A DNA stretch of 63,968 nucleotides, the filler included, from Octopus bimaculoides (taxonomy: Eukaryota), in assembly GCF_001194135.2 (NCBI RefSeq). It is 8 parts of 8 records of this genome, joined end to end, with 100 filler letters (N's around TTAATTAATTAA, not from the genome) between each part and the next. Parts side by side here need not be neighbours in the genome. Positions count along the whole stretch, not along the records: positions 42,367 to 57,610 come from NC_068987.1; positions 57,711 to 62,771 come from NC_068991.1; positions 62,872 to 63,968 come from NC_069007.1; 5 more parts are not named here. One strand, written 5' to 3'. Positions 49,880-62,907 of the stretch are shown piece by piece. The translations under genes and the position numbers were made by a program. Every line of letters starts with the position of its first letter. Position 1 is the stretch's first letter. The notes under the pieces are model-generated. The model was not told the DNA's origin. It saw nothing but the letters and a program-made list of their open reading frames with translations, and searched no databases.

Positions 49880-51424
49880 GGTATTTTATCGGTTGACATT
49901 TTAAACCTCATGGCGTGGCTGCAGGAATTTAAGAGCTCACGTCTCTGGCTCAAAGCATGTTTATCCTGGAACGGATGAAGAACTTTTCTGAGAAGCAAAG
50001 TTTACATTTCATAGGTCTTTTATAAGCTCCATGTCTGTATGATGATGCTCTTTCTAGCATTTCCCAAGTTACATTGAAAGGACTAGTGTCATTCTCTTTC
50101 AATTCCTAGACATACTTTGCAAGACTAGTTGCTGTCCTATTCTCGAGGTATCGGAAAGAATTTCGGTAGAAATAGAATCGAGTCTTGAATGAATTTTCCG
50201 AAGCCCCTGTGTATGTTTTATATTCTTGTGAGCCATCTACTTGCACTTTGGCTCTATAAACAATTGTTTTTTTCAAGATATTTACCTTCCAACGGACAGC
50301 AAGTCCTCTCTTTGAAGTTGCAGTTCCTCAGATTAGCTTCGGCACTGTAGTTGTTTGTAATAATTTTCGTGTTATGCTGGTTAATAAAAGAGGTCAAGTT
50401 TTTTCAACAAGAATAGCTAACCTTCAGTGTTTTCCTATTGAATATTCTATAGAACTTATGGCTAGATTGAAGATGTTTAGAAAATAATTTTAAGAATTCC
50501 CTACCTATATTAGTTTTCACGGCAATATTAAATGTGGGGTTAAACCACAAAACATCCCTAGAACTAGTTCTACGTGGTCAATTATTATTAGAATTAACTT
50601 GACTATACTGGATCTTCTCCGAGAATCTACTTTTCCTTAATGCATTATTGTAATACGGCACAGCATTTTGAAATGCTGTCTCATCTGAAGAAATAGATGA
50701 TATTCGCCTTCCTACACTACTAACTAGGTTCTTAAGAATTACGGGTGGATGATTAGATTATTTGCTAATATAACATACCTTTTCATTGAGCTTACGGTAG
50801 GGTTTAAATTTATCTAATTGTAAATCTAAGTCAATATCTAAAAAGATCTATGTTATTAAGGTTAATTTCTATCGTAATCCATAAACCCATTCTTTGGAAG
50901 AAACTAATCAGATAATTCCTAAATTCATTTGACTCATGGCCATTTAAATTATGGGTGACTATAAAACCATCATCCCTGTATAATCCTGCATCTATAAAAG
51001 GGAATTCTAGATGCAGATTATGCAAAATATAAGTTCTTATATACATACAAAACTCCGCCCCATCATATGCCTCCATCGATGCATCGAAGAGAGAATCCTC
51101 ACTCTTTTTGACTGAGGTAGAATCATCGTAAAAAAGAAGGGATTTCCTTGCATGATATTTATTATTAGAATTAACTTGACTATACTGGATCTTCTCCGAG
51201 AATCTACTTTTCCTTAATGCATTATTGTAATACGGCACAGCATTTTGAAATGCTGTCTCATCTGAAGAAATAGATGATATTCGCCTTCCTACACTACTAA
51301 CTAGGTTCTTAAGAATTACGGGTGGATGATTAGATTATTTGCTAATATAACATACCTTTTCATTGAGCTTACGGTAGGGTTTAAATTTATCTAATTGTAA
51401 ATCTAAGTCAATATCTAAAAAGAT
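49880..51424 (-). mobile_element. Penelope-like element, 5'-truncated: RT C-half, thumb, linker, GIY-YIG endonuclease
   Basis: RT: HARKSLLF..FDASMEAYDGAE..GLYRDDG; thumb: KPYRK..SNHPP; EN: IVYRAKV...TYTGASENSFKTRF...TSLAKYV*ELK...KCKLCFSEK...RRELLNSCSH. Stops and frameshifts present. Confidence 0.93.
50582..51424. repeat. Exact 266-bp direct repeat (50582-50847 and 51159-51424)
   Basis: Base-by-base comparison showed no differences; offset 577 bp. Confidence 0.95.
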
Positions 51425-51636
51425 AAGCTATTGATGGTGACATACCGCTTGGGGAAGTCTAATGCTTTTAGAAGCAGAGGCCTAGATATTTACGTGTAAA
51501 TATCGACATATCAAACTGCAGAAATTTGCAGTTATGCTTATGGCTAATCCCTTTGAACCAATCTTTTACTGATTTGCTATTTTTCCAAATCCGTAAATTT
51601 AATTCACTATTTAATTTGCTTACTATTTATGTGCTT

Positions 51637-51734
<98 letters not shown>

Positions 51735-52039
51735 GAATATACATATACACACACACCCACACAAACATACTTATTTACGTGTATGTCTGTATATGCATAT
51801 ACATACTTACATGCATACGTGCATAATACAAACATACATACATACATACATACATACATGCATACGTACATACATACATGCATGCATGCATACATACATA
51901 CAAGCGGAAAATGCCCAATCATTTATGTGCCAGAGATAGCAGTTTATTGCAACTTCAATGAACTTGAGCAGACATTTGAAATAAGAACTGACGCAAGTCT
52001 CTCCTCAATGAACACTGATAAATTCTATTTATCAGAAAA

Positions 52040-52450
52040 ACGCAGTAGAAGATGGACCAATTCACTGAGAATACAGTGCGTGGGTACTTAGCACATGAAA
52101 CTCAAACCAGAGAAGAGATTGATCATGCAATTCAAGAGCAAGAGTACTCCACCGAGTACCTACTGCATAAATGACAGAAAACGTTGACAGACGTAACTGT
52201 GCAGATATCAGCAACATTATTGCCAGCTGCGAGAGAATGTCTTCTAGATATCATTTTCCCATGATGCATGATGCGTTGGCCAAACACGTCTGGATCAAGG
52301 TAAGAACAAAGAAAATATCTTCAAATGAAGTTGACTATATTGAGACTGATGGGTCAAAAGAATATTGGCCGAACTTGAAAATTAAAACAGCCACCAAGTT
52401 AAAACACAACCAACCAGATATTGTTGCATGGGGCCGCAAAGAAAACATAT
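52040..52450 (+). mobile_element. R4/Dong-like LINE C-terminal fragment (zinc-knuckle and RLE region), decayed
   Basis: HAIQEQEYSTEYL...DISNIIASCERMSSRY..PMMHDALAK...EYWPNLKIKTATKLKHNQPDIVAW. Same subfamily style as 34330-34525. Confidence 0.75.
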
Positions 52451-52454
52451 TGGG

Positions 52455-52690
52455 CCAGGCAGAAGTCTGGGCAAGGTTGTTTAGGGAAGACCAGCAATCG
52501 CCCATGCACAGCAACCTCCCGTCTCCACACCGCTGATGTTATCCAAGGGAAAAGCAAAAGCCGATGCAGCTTGGCACCAGTGACGTCACAACTCATTTCT
52601 ACTGGTGAGTGAATGGTGCAACTTGAATCGGACTCACTAACTCATGATTGTGAGCTCGACGCTCTAACCACTGAGCCATGCGCCTTCACA
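52455..52690 (-). mobile_element. tRNA-headed SINE (distinct family)
   Basis: Minus-strand head GTGAAGGCGCATGGCTCAGTGGTTAGAGCGTCG (A-box TGGCTCAGTGG). Confidence 0.8.
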
Positions 52691-53154
52691 TTTAAAAATC
52701 ATACATCCACGCAATTGCACATCTCATTGATGCACAGAAAAGAACCACTGCAAATACAAGCACTGCCACCACAATCGATAACCCCAATACCACCAAGAAT
52801 AAGACGAAAGATTCATTATTAGTACCTCCACCATTATAACCATAATCAACGGTACTATAATTATCATCACCCTCATCATCATAAACATCATCATCACCTT
52901 CATCATCTTCATCATCGTCATCATCATCATCATCATCATAATTATCATCATCCTCTCCTATAACTAAACTTGCTATCAAAGAACCGAAAAAACAACACGT
53001 AAACATTAATACGATTAAAATAACTTGAATTTTAAAAAAATAAATAAATAAACACAAAAGCAGCTACCAAAAAATAAAAAACAAATTAACTACTGAAAAC
53101 TCCCTCTCTATCCGTAAATCAATAAGCAAAAACTTTATTTCGGTTTTTCGTCAA

Positions 53155-53221
<67 letters not shown>

Positions 53222-53888
53222 NNNNNNNNNNNNNNNNNNNNNNNNNNNNNNNNNNNNNNNNNNNNNNNNNNNNNNNNNNNNNNNNNNNNNNNNNNNNNNN
53301 NNNNNNNNNNNNNNNNNNNNNNNNNNNNNNNNNNNNNNNNNNNNNNNNNNNNNNNNNNNNNNNNNNNNNNNNNNNNNNNNNNNNNNNNNNNNNNNNNNNN
53401 NNNNNNNNNNNNNNNNNNNNNNNNNNNNNNNNNNNNNNNNNNNNNNNNNNNNNNNNNNNNNNNNNNNNNNNNNNNNNNNNNNNNNNNNNNNNNNNNNNNN
53501 NNNNNNNAGATATATAGATTTGTGCATGTGTGTATAATTCATACATATATAGTAAATACATATGAGTATGTGAGTATGTGTCAACGTATATATGTCTGTG
53601 TATGTGTGTGTATGCAAAGTTTTAATTTCTTTTTCCTTGCATATTGTCTATTTTGTCATCTTTTTCTTTAAATGTAGCAATTAGCGACTATTTGATGTGG
53701 TCTGTTATTTCTGTTTTATACGGGTGTTAGAAGTTTTCACAATGTAATTGCTGTTGGTGTCGTTGGTGGTGGTGGTGGTGGTGGTGGTGGTGGTGGCAGC
53801 GGTGCCGGCTGCGGTTTTAATTTCTGATCTATTTTCGTTTTGATCGTATTTCCATGGCAATGTTTAACCTTTGTTAATCACATGACTC

Positions 53889-53889
53889 A

Positions 53890-53939
<50 letters not shown>

Positions 53940-53940
53940 A

Positions 53941-53983
<43 letters not shown>

Positions 53984-53995
53984 ATACTACTACTA
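53889..53995. repeat. (CTA)n microsatellite
   Basis: Direct inspection. Confidence 0.95.
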
Positions 53996-54789
53996 CTGCC
54001 ATTATTATTACTACTGCTGATACTGATGCTGCTGCTGCTACGATTGTTGTTGCTGCTGATGTCATTGGATTGGTGAAATCGGTAAAGCGTCGGACAAAAT
54101 ACATAGCAGTATCTAGTTACACTTACAGCACACTTTCGTTTTCATCTGAGATCAATTAATAAGGTATCAGTCATATCCTGCTGTCAATATAATCCGCTAC
54201 CCACCACACTCACACACATATTCACACACACATGTACACATCACGCGTTAGAGGACTTGTACAAATCAAAAAAGTAAATAACATTGATTTTTTTTAGCCT
54301 ACTTTCACTGTACCACCGAGTGCAACACTGAGTGCCGAATTGTGAATAATGTTTCATAAATTTGTATTTTCTATTACATTAAATGAATACTATGTGCAGT
54401 TTTTAGTAATGATTACTTTCTGAAAACTGTCATATATTTTGAAAGCCATAGAGTTTTGGTCATATATATGCCTGTCTTTTAGGAATGTGAGAGCACGGAT
54501 TTACTCTTCTACATCATATTTGTCAAAAGATGGGTGACTGTGGAAAAAACGAATAGGGCTGATGAACTTGCACAAAGCATGCGCTTGTAGACTGTACAGT
54601 AACAGGTCACCTATGGTTTATGTCCTTGGAGGTCCTATTTAGAGGCTCACCTGTATCGTCAGGGCTGCACCATACATAGGTTTACATATTTTGCATTCTA
54701 TGTATGCGTTTTATGTCATGTCTCCCTCATCATTTTATCCCCCTCCTGTCAGCCTATAGCAGAAGGGATTATTATTATTGTTATTATTA

Positions 54790-55330
54790 TTATTATCATT
54801 ATTATTATTGAGTGAGAGAGCAGTGCATGCCATCAAAGTGACATTGGGGTAAAATATACGAAGCCCAATATACTCATCATGACTACCTGTCTGATAAGGG
54901 TACACCAGGCACATGCATCACAACCATATGTGTGCAACATGGTGATCTCATATCAAGATAAATAACGCATGACCTTGCAGGTGGGGCCCAGTGAGAATTT
55001 TCTTCAGGTCGAGTAGACCATCCCGCTCAAAAGGTTCCTGAATAAGGTTTGTTTAAGCATGTTGAGCAAACCACCCATGTTTCCTAAAGTGAATTATTCA
55101 AACCCCCAAAGAAATCCTCTCAACATATGGTTATGATGCTCCTTCACTATGTCTGCTCATGATCAGAGATGCACATATCGCCAGCCACTAAGGGACGCGC
55201 TCAACTGGTTAAGGTCAAACAACTGACAAGCAAATCTGTGGTATTGAGCAGAATATTTGCTGTATCCCATCTTTTATACCAAGACAAAACAATATACATG
55301 ATAGCACTTCTAATCAGTTAAGATGAGAAC
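54790..55330 (-). mobile_element. Abundant interspersed repeat, probably a retroelement 3' end with (AAT)n tail
   Basis: Begins next to an (ATT)n run on the plus strand. Recognised from memory as an octopus repeat; no convincing protein motif. Confidence 0.4.
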
Positions 55331-55339
55331 ACATGAAAG

Positions 55340-57240
55340 GCTCTACATAGTACTGCATCAGTGCATTTTACAGCAATAACATCGCAGAGAATGAGTAAGC
55401 ATCTGGAATAAAACAACCTGTTTCCAGAAGAACAGAAGGGATGCAGCAAGATCTCAAACGGCTATAAAATCAACTAATATTCAATAAAGCCATAACTGAA
55501 GACAGCCGCAGAAAAAAGAAGGGTCTACTTATGGCTTGGGTCGATTACCGAAAGGCTTTTGATAGTATTCCCCACACATGAATCCTAGAAACACTAGGCA
55601 TGAACAAGGTAGCACCAATAATCAAAATATATAACACATTCCATGATTAAATGTCAGACAGTGCTACACCTCCAGACAAAAAAGGGGCTCATAAAAACCA
55701 AAGCCATTCCCATTAGAAGAGGAAAATTCCAGGGAGACACACGCTCTCTCCACTTCTTTTCTGTTTGGCACTGACACCTTTATCTGACATGATAAACAGA
55801 ACTGGATGTGGGTACAACTGCTACGGCAAAACAATCAGCCACCTCATATATGTGCATGATCTAAAACTGTACGCTACAAATGATAAACAGCTGGAAACAT
55901 TACTACAGACTGTACATGGATTTACCAAAGTAATACACATGAAATTTGGCTTAGAAAAACGTGCCAAAGCAACCTTGAAAATAGGAAGATTTGTTAAGAG
56001 TAGTAACATCAGATTAGATACAGCAAATGAAATAAGAGAATTAGACCAAAGCCAGACATACAAATATTTAGGAATCAATGAACTAGATTTGATACAACAC
56101 GCACAAATAAAAGAGAAAATAAAAAAAAGAATACTATACACGTGTTATATTAATACTAAAACAGAGCTCAATGCGAAAAACAAGATAATAGATATCAACT
56201 CTTTAGCCGTCCCACTTATAAGTTACAGCTACAATATCCCTAACTGGACACTAAATTAACTAATCAAAATAGACAGAAAAAGAAGAAATATAATGACAGA
56301 ATTTAGGATGCACCAAACAAAATCTGATATACAATGTAGAAGCCTTGTACAGCTAGAAAACTATTAAAAAATAACCATGATAAGACTGAAAAAATACCTA
56401 CTTCAGAAGCAAGGGAAACTAATATAAATAGCTACAAAACACGAACAAAACAAAAAGATGATTTCAGTCTTTAAGGAAGCTGACAAATACAGAAAAGAAG
56501 TTATACTACCTAACTATGAAGAAAAAGAAGAAACAACAAAAGTTGTAAAACAAATGAAATCCAAACTAAAACTAGAACAGCAACGGATCATTATAAAACG
56601 ATGGCAATAAAAGCCCTTTCATGGCAAATGCTAGGTTAAGCTAAAAGCAAAACAAACAGCCAAAGCAAAATCCCAACAATGGCTGAGAAGCTCAGGACTC
56701 GAAGCAGAGACTGAAGGACTTTTAATTGCAGCACAAGACCAAAGCCTCCCGACTAGAAATTACCGAAAAAAAATAATGAAAAGAAGCATGACAAGTAACG
56801 GTAGAGTATGTGGAGATGGACAAGAAACAATAAGCCATGTTTTCTCTGGCTGTCCAGTCCTGGCTAAGAAGGAATATATTCACAGGAACGACAGTGTTGG
56901 GACCTATATACACTGGAAGCTATGCCAACACTATGGAATAACAACAGAAAAACGATGGTATAGGCTCACCCCAGAAAAGGTCACAGAAAATGAGAAAGTA
57001 ACTATACTAAGGGATATGCCAATATACACAGACATAAATTAAGGTCGGATATTATTGTCAGAGATCATCAAGAAAAAAGATGCTTTCCAATCGATGTATC
57101 AATACCAAGAGTTGACAACGTTTCTCTGAAAGAATTGGAGAAACTTTCAAAATACAAAGACCTGGAAACAGAGTTAACTCGAATGTGGAGTCCAAAAACA
57201 GAAACAGTTCCTATAATTGTAGGTGCATTAGGTATGATAG
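55340..57240 (+). mobile_element. R4/Dong-clade LINE, 5'-truncated, pseudogenised (RT + CCHC + RLE)
   Basis: LFPEEQKGC..AWVDYRKAFDSIPH..RGKFQGD..LSPLLFCLAL..HLIYVHDLKLY (degraded YMDD)..KFGLEK..YKYLG..AETEGLLIAAQDQSL..ETISHVFSGC..RSDIIV..IDVSIP..EKLSKYKDL..VPIIVGALG. Several stops. Confidence 0.93.
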
Positions 57241-57610
57241 CAATGAGTTGTCAGGCTTTGATGTACATATTGGTATGTTTGATGTAAGACCGTCCGGTAT
57301 AACTTTTTCTTGTTTGCATCTTTCCAGAAAGGATAGGTGGCTCTTGATTTTAGCATGAAAACGATTAAGTTTTTTCACTGACAGAAATGTCGATTTCTCA
57401 ATTTCTGATTCATATTTGAATGGTACGAAGTCCATTGGTCCAGGATTGGGTTCAACACTGGGGTCTAGCGAAACTAACAGGGCTGACAAGCCAACTGTGA
57501 GAAGGAATAAAACGCAAAAGCTGTAATTTACATTACGATTTTCCTTAGACACCCGGCTGCTTTGGTGACTTCTAGAATTTCTGTATGTTCCAATTCTTAT
57601 TCTGTGTACC
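57241..57610 (-). mobile_element. 5' region of a putative Penelope-like element ORF with a 2A/StopGo-like motif
   Basis: Stop-free frame VHRIRIGTYRNSRSHQSSRVSKENRNVNYSFCVLFLLTVGLSALLVSLDPSVEPNPGPMDFVPF...KLNRFHAKIKSHLSFLERCKQEKVIPDGL. HLxFLxxCxxxxVIPxGL is the PLE N-terminal pattern. Cut upstream by an assembly join. Confidence 0.7.
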
Positions 57611-57769
57611 NNNNNNNNNNNNNNNNNNNNNNNNNNNNNNNNNNNNNNNNNNNNTTAATTAATTAANNNNNNNNNNNNNNNNNNNNNNNNNNNNNNNNNN
57701 NNNNNNNNNNATATATATTTAAATGTTTCAGCTACAAAGCTGCGGTCATGCTGGAGTACCACCATTGAC

Positions 57770-58080
57770 TGACCTACACCATTATTTGGAACCTTCTCTA
57801 ATATGTGGCATTTGGTCACTGAGGGAGTTTGATGCTGCTGCCCTCATCTGTGTTTCCTGCCATGAGGTAGGCACGTCTGGAACCCATAACAGCAAGAAAT
57901 TTTAAAGACACTTACATTCACACCATGCAGGTCTCTCACGCATTTTGGAAGGATATCGAAGAGCTGTGGGCCCTTGAAGCCCAAGCTGTTGCAGTATCTG
58001 GCCCTGTATCTAGATGGTGATGCTGGGATCCTTGGCACTATGCAGTGGCGCCCCGTTCTGCAGTTTGAATAACCTTCAAT
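57770..58080 (-). mobile_element. L2/CR1-group LINE C-terminus
   Basis: NSLGFKGPQLFDILPKCVRDLHGVNVSVFK then, after a frameshift, LLLWVPDVPT...RAAASNSLSDQ. This matches the GPxLFNxLP...FKxxLD..L..VPDEP...SNSL ending. Confidence 0.8.
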
Positions 58081-58099
58081 GTCCCTGTATATATAATTT

Positions 58100-58162
<63 letters not shown>

Positions 58163-58346
58163 GCATATATATAATTATATGTGTATATGTGTGTATATAT
58201 GAATACATACGCGTGCACATACAGAGGATGAAAGAGGAAGATAGAGAGAAGAGAGAAAAAAGAGATTGATAAGCATACGTACATCTATGTACGTATGTGT
58301 ATAATCTATAGGTATATATTGTATAAGATCTAATTTTCTTTTACAT

Positions 58347-58386
<40 letters not shown>

Positions 58387-58398
58387 NNNNNNNNNNAT

Positions 58399-58437
<39 letters not shown>

Positions 58438-59724
58438 TACACTCGCGCATACATACGCACATGCACACGCACACACGCATGCACGTACGCTTGTATCTAT
58501 ATGTAAGTAATATGTAGACAGAAACACATATACGTGTATATATTTACAATCCTACAGTTATGATTGTTTTTACATTGTCTAGTCTAACAACATCTCGAAG
58601 GTCAAAGCTGATAACGACCCCTTCGTTTCGGTTTAGGTCGATCGTCTGAAAAACTAATTGCACTGTATAAACCTTGGAACACACAAGTGGCAAAACATGA
58701 TGCCTGTCTGTATCTAACTCAGATGTACTCATTAACCTCTATCTTTCATCTACACGTGTTTACAATCTGCATTTGTTTTCGATCAACGGATCTTACTAGA
58801 ATTGTCTCCCTTGCAATTTTATTTTATTTTATCTTAGTTTTAGATTTTAATCATCCCTAGAGGAAGATCTTGTCTACTAATTACTTGGATAATCTTATTT
58901 GATTTTCTTTTCAACTCATTATATTACATATGTAAAATCTTATCTTGTTTGTTTTCTGAGACTCTTAGTGATAATGTTGGAAAGAATAATGTTATAGCTT
59001 CTAAAATCACTGCTGAACGGAAAACGAACTGGTGCCGTTAACAACCGCTGCACTCCTAAACAATGATATCCTCTCAATCTATCAACTGTGGAGCAAGTCA
59101 TTAATGTATTTATAAATGTGCGTGTAGTGTGTGTGTATTTGTGTGTGTTCGTATGTTTGCACGATACGTAATGTACGGAAGACAGATGACTACATTGTCA
59201 GACTTAGTATGGAGGTCTGCTCAAAATTCTGAGTTTTGAGATGAACCAATATCACATGAATTAGCTTTAATGCTATCGTCGAAACCGATGAATGTTCATA
59301 TACTTTTAGCTTTATAATGCGACGTATCTATACATCTTTTACGTGTGCATGGCTGTTTGTATGTATCTGAGTGTATCATGCATATAAATGGTGGATCTTG
59401 CGGCTGATGGCTAGACAATAGCTGTTGCAATACCATCGCTTTGTTTTCCCCCTTCTTCCCTTTTCACCTTTCTCACTCTTTCTCTGAAATGTCACCAAAT
59501 TTAACCAGCCAGCCTCCGCCTTTTCATAATTTCCAGGTGCCTTTGTCAGATTCTCAATAGCCTCGTTGGCACAACATTTCAACTCGTGTAATAATAGCCT
59601 TCCCACAGAAATTCCTGTCTCTCAGACTTCAAACAACGATCTTCAGGATTTTTCTTAGCCAGATCTCAGGTCCCTGACCAGTTCCCCAAATTCTTTTGCA
59701 ACATACACAACATCGCTCACCTAC

Positions 59725-59920
59725 GCATACATACATACATACATACAAACATACATACATACATACATACATACATAAATACATACAAACATACATACAT
59801 ACATACATACATACATACATAAATACATACATACATACATGCATACATACATACACACATACATACATACATACATACATACATAAATACATACATACAT
59901 ACATGCATACATACATGTAT
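59725..59920. repeat. (CATA)n microsatellite
   Basis: Direct inspection. Confidence 0.95.
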
Positions 59921-60198
59921 ATACGTGTATATATATATCCACACACGTATACATAAATGCATACGTACATACATACATATGTGTGTGTGTGTGTGTATTT
60001 CAATATCTATTTCCTTGTTCGAAGACAAAAAAACAGGGGGGGGGGAACATTCAGGAATATTTACAGATAGAACGGCATCTCATTTTTGGTTTGTTTGTGT
60101 CTTGTGAATCAGGGACATAAATCGGGAAAATCTACACCAACACCACCACCGTCATCACCGTCATCACCGTCATCACCAGCCCACCTCCACTAACATTA

Positions 60199-60236
<38 letters not shown>

Positions 60237-60488
60237 GTTGCTGCTGCTGCTATTACTGCTACTGCTAATAATAATGATGACGATGATCATGATGATGGGA
60301 TAGTTGTAGTTGCTACTACTAGTATCCTTACTACTACAACTACTACTACCACTAGAATTGCAGCTGATGATGAGGATGATAATAATGAGAACGATCGTGA
60401 TGAAGAGCTTGCCAATATACAAATGCCAATTACCACCACCACTAGTGCCACTAGTAAGACCATCAACATCGTCATCGTCATCAGCATC

Positions 60489-60554
<66 letters not shown>

Positions 60555-60677
60555 GTCGTCATCATCATTATCATCATCAGCTGCTGCCGCAGCAGCAGCA
60601 CCGACATTAATTACTACAGCCTACTATCACCACCACCACCATCAGCATACTTTACATTCAGCATATATACATATATG

Positions 60678-60733
<56 letters not shown>

Positions 60734-62237
60734 GAGAGAGAGAGAGCGAGAGAGAGAGAGATGAGTAACATCCACGTAATTCATCAAGTGATTGACCTCT
60801 TGACATTAGGCCAGTGTATTTAAACAGCCCAACCTTTCATTAAACTGCAATATTTGACTCCACATGTCAGCACTGTTGGACATTATATTTCAAAGTAGCA
60901 ACCAGCACCACTGAAAATGGCAAACATCGGCCATTTTGTTTGTCTCGAAAATGTCGCCATGTCCTTTTGCGCTTGCTTTTATTTCTAGAGCAATCATTTT
61001 CTCATTTATAGTCATCAGCGTTCGCAACTAATATTTTCAGAATCTGACAGAAAAAGTTATAAGACTTATAAGAGTTATTCATTTGTTTTGTGAAATCGTT
61101 TTTCAATCGAAGTTATTTAAATATTCTATGTGGCAAAAAAAAAAGAAAGAAGTTTTGGCTACAAACATGTGTAAGCTGTCTGCCAGCGACTATTTTTCAA
61201 AACCGATGCAGCTGTTATTGCGTTTGACACCAACATTGTCATTGTAGCTGTTGTCGTTGCTAAACCTCGCCTCAGGTCAACCTTGATCCAGCTCACGAAT
61301 GATAAAAGTTGTTACTCTCATTAAAACTAACCTTTACATTATTCCTTTGTCATCATTTTCAGATATAGTGTATCGTGCTTTACATTATGCAATGAATCCT
61401 TCCTTTCAAATTGTTATTTCATAGACCCAAGTCAGTTCTTAAGCAGCACGTCTTTAGTAAAATGCGTTCAAGTCGTGACTTATCCGTTATTTGCTTTTGA
61501 TTGCTCTTTCTTTGAGACTGCATTATCTAACTTTCTTGAATTTGTTATTGTCTAGAACAAGAATAGCTATCACCAATGACATTTGTGATAAAAGTTGCTC
61601 CAGCTTTGATTATCGAAGGCTACATTACTGAATCTATCCTTCACGATGTGGTCATGGCCTGCCCGTCTTTTTTCTCTCATACATAGATTATAGATTATCT
61701 GCGACTAGAATTCTTGATTTTGTTATCAGGACCAGCTTTCATCAAGCTGATTAAACGATTTCCGGTCATGACCTAACGACCGTTTCTTTTCATAATGTAT
61801 CGGAACCATGTGGTTGGAAAGCAAATTTACCACACAACCACACCTGCTCCTATTGAATATGTGATATTTCAATTCTTTAGTTAGAAGGAAAGGGCCTACC
61901 CATGAGACTTTACAGGACTTCCGCGACTAGTGATACGAAGCTGTTGTCATTACGAAAGCCTTGTCCAAATGCTTGAAACAGAATGAACTCTGCGAAAAGT
62001 ACCCAACATTTTTTTACCTCTTTTATTCATTTTTCCTAAATAAATTTGTGACTTTGTTACCGGTTTTAACTTTGATTATTTTCCGACTGATTTTATCACC
62101 ATTTCCATCGTATGGGGATTCAGGGGTAGGAGTGAGGGCATGTAGGGTAGGGCGAAGTAAGTCTGTGCGCTTTACGCAATTAGAGCCAAAACTATAGAGC
62201 AGGATGTTGATGTTGATGACGACGAAGACGATGATGG

Positions 62238-62278
<41 letters not shown>

Positions 62279-62871
62279 GTAATGATGATGTCGATGGAGG
62301 TAGTGCTGTGTGGTAGTAGTGGTGATAGTGGTATGCTCCTGGTGTAGTGATGGGGACGATGTGGTGGAAGTGGTGGTGCTAGTGTTAGTGCTGGTAGTTG
62401 CGGAGGTGATGATGATGATGATGATGATGATGAAGCTGGTGATGAGAAAGTTGATTATGATGATCCTGATCATGATAGTGACGATTATTCTGATTTCTAG
62501 AAAGGAGAAAATAAAACGTTTTAGCTGACGCATGGTCACAGACAAAACCAGGTGGAGAGTATATGCCCCACCTTTCATTTAGACATCACGAAATGTAGGA
62601 CAACCACCATCTCCAATTTAACCGCCTCAGCAGATTGAAAATAACTGTCAATCAGCCAATTAGTCAATGACAAAAAATACTACTTTCAAAGCAAATCAAA
62701 TGATATACACTAAGTAACTAAAAATGCAAACCCTAATTTTATATATGTATATATATATATATATATATATANNNNNNNNNNNNNNNNNNNNNNNNNNNNN
62801 NNNNNNNNNNNNNNNTTAATTAATTAANNNNNNNNNNNNNNNNNNNNNNNNNNNNNNNNNNNNNNNNNNNN

Positions 62872-62904
<33 letters not shown>

Positions 62905-62907
<3 letters not shown>

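Larger units (their letters stand above)
10515..62827. other. Seven synthetic scaffold-join spacers (N44-TTAATTAATTAA-N44)
   Basis: At 10515, 13073, 28758, 38753, 42311, 57655 and 62816, each centred in a 100-bp gap. The 12-mer puts a stop codon in all six frames. Confidence 0.95.

Noticed and set aside
58520-58960. Possible endonuclease or LINE remnant on the minus strand
   Set aside because: Different frames gave conflicting, weak resemblances.
59376-59700. Minus-strand ORF MGRLLLHELKCCANEAIENL...
   Set aside because: No recognisable family. It may be a decayed retroelement but cannot be assigned.
60914-60937. 8-bp perfect inverted repeat AAAATGGC/GCCATTTT
   Set aside because: Too short to exceed chance expectation in this window.
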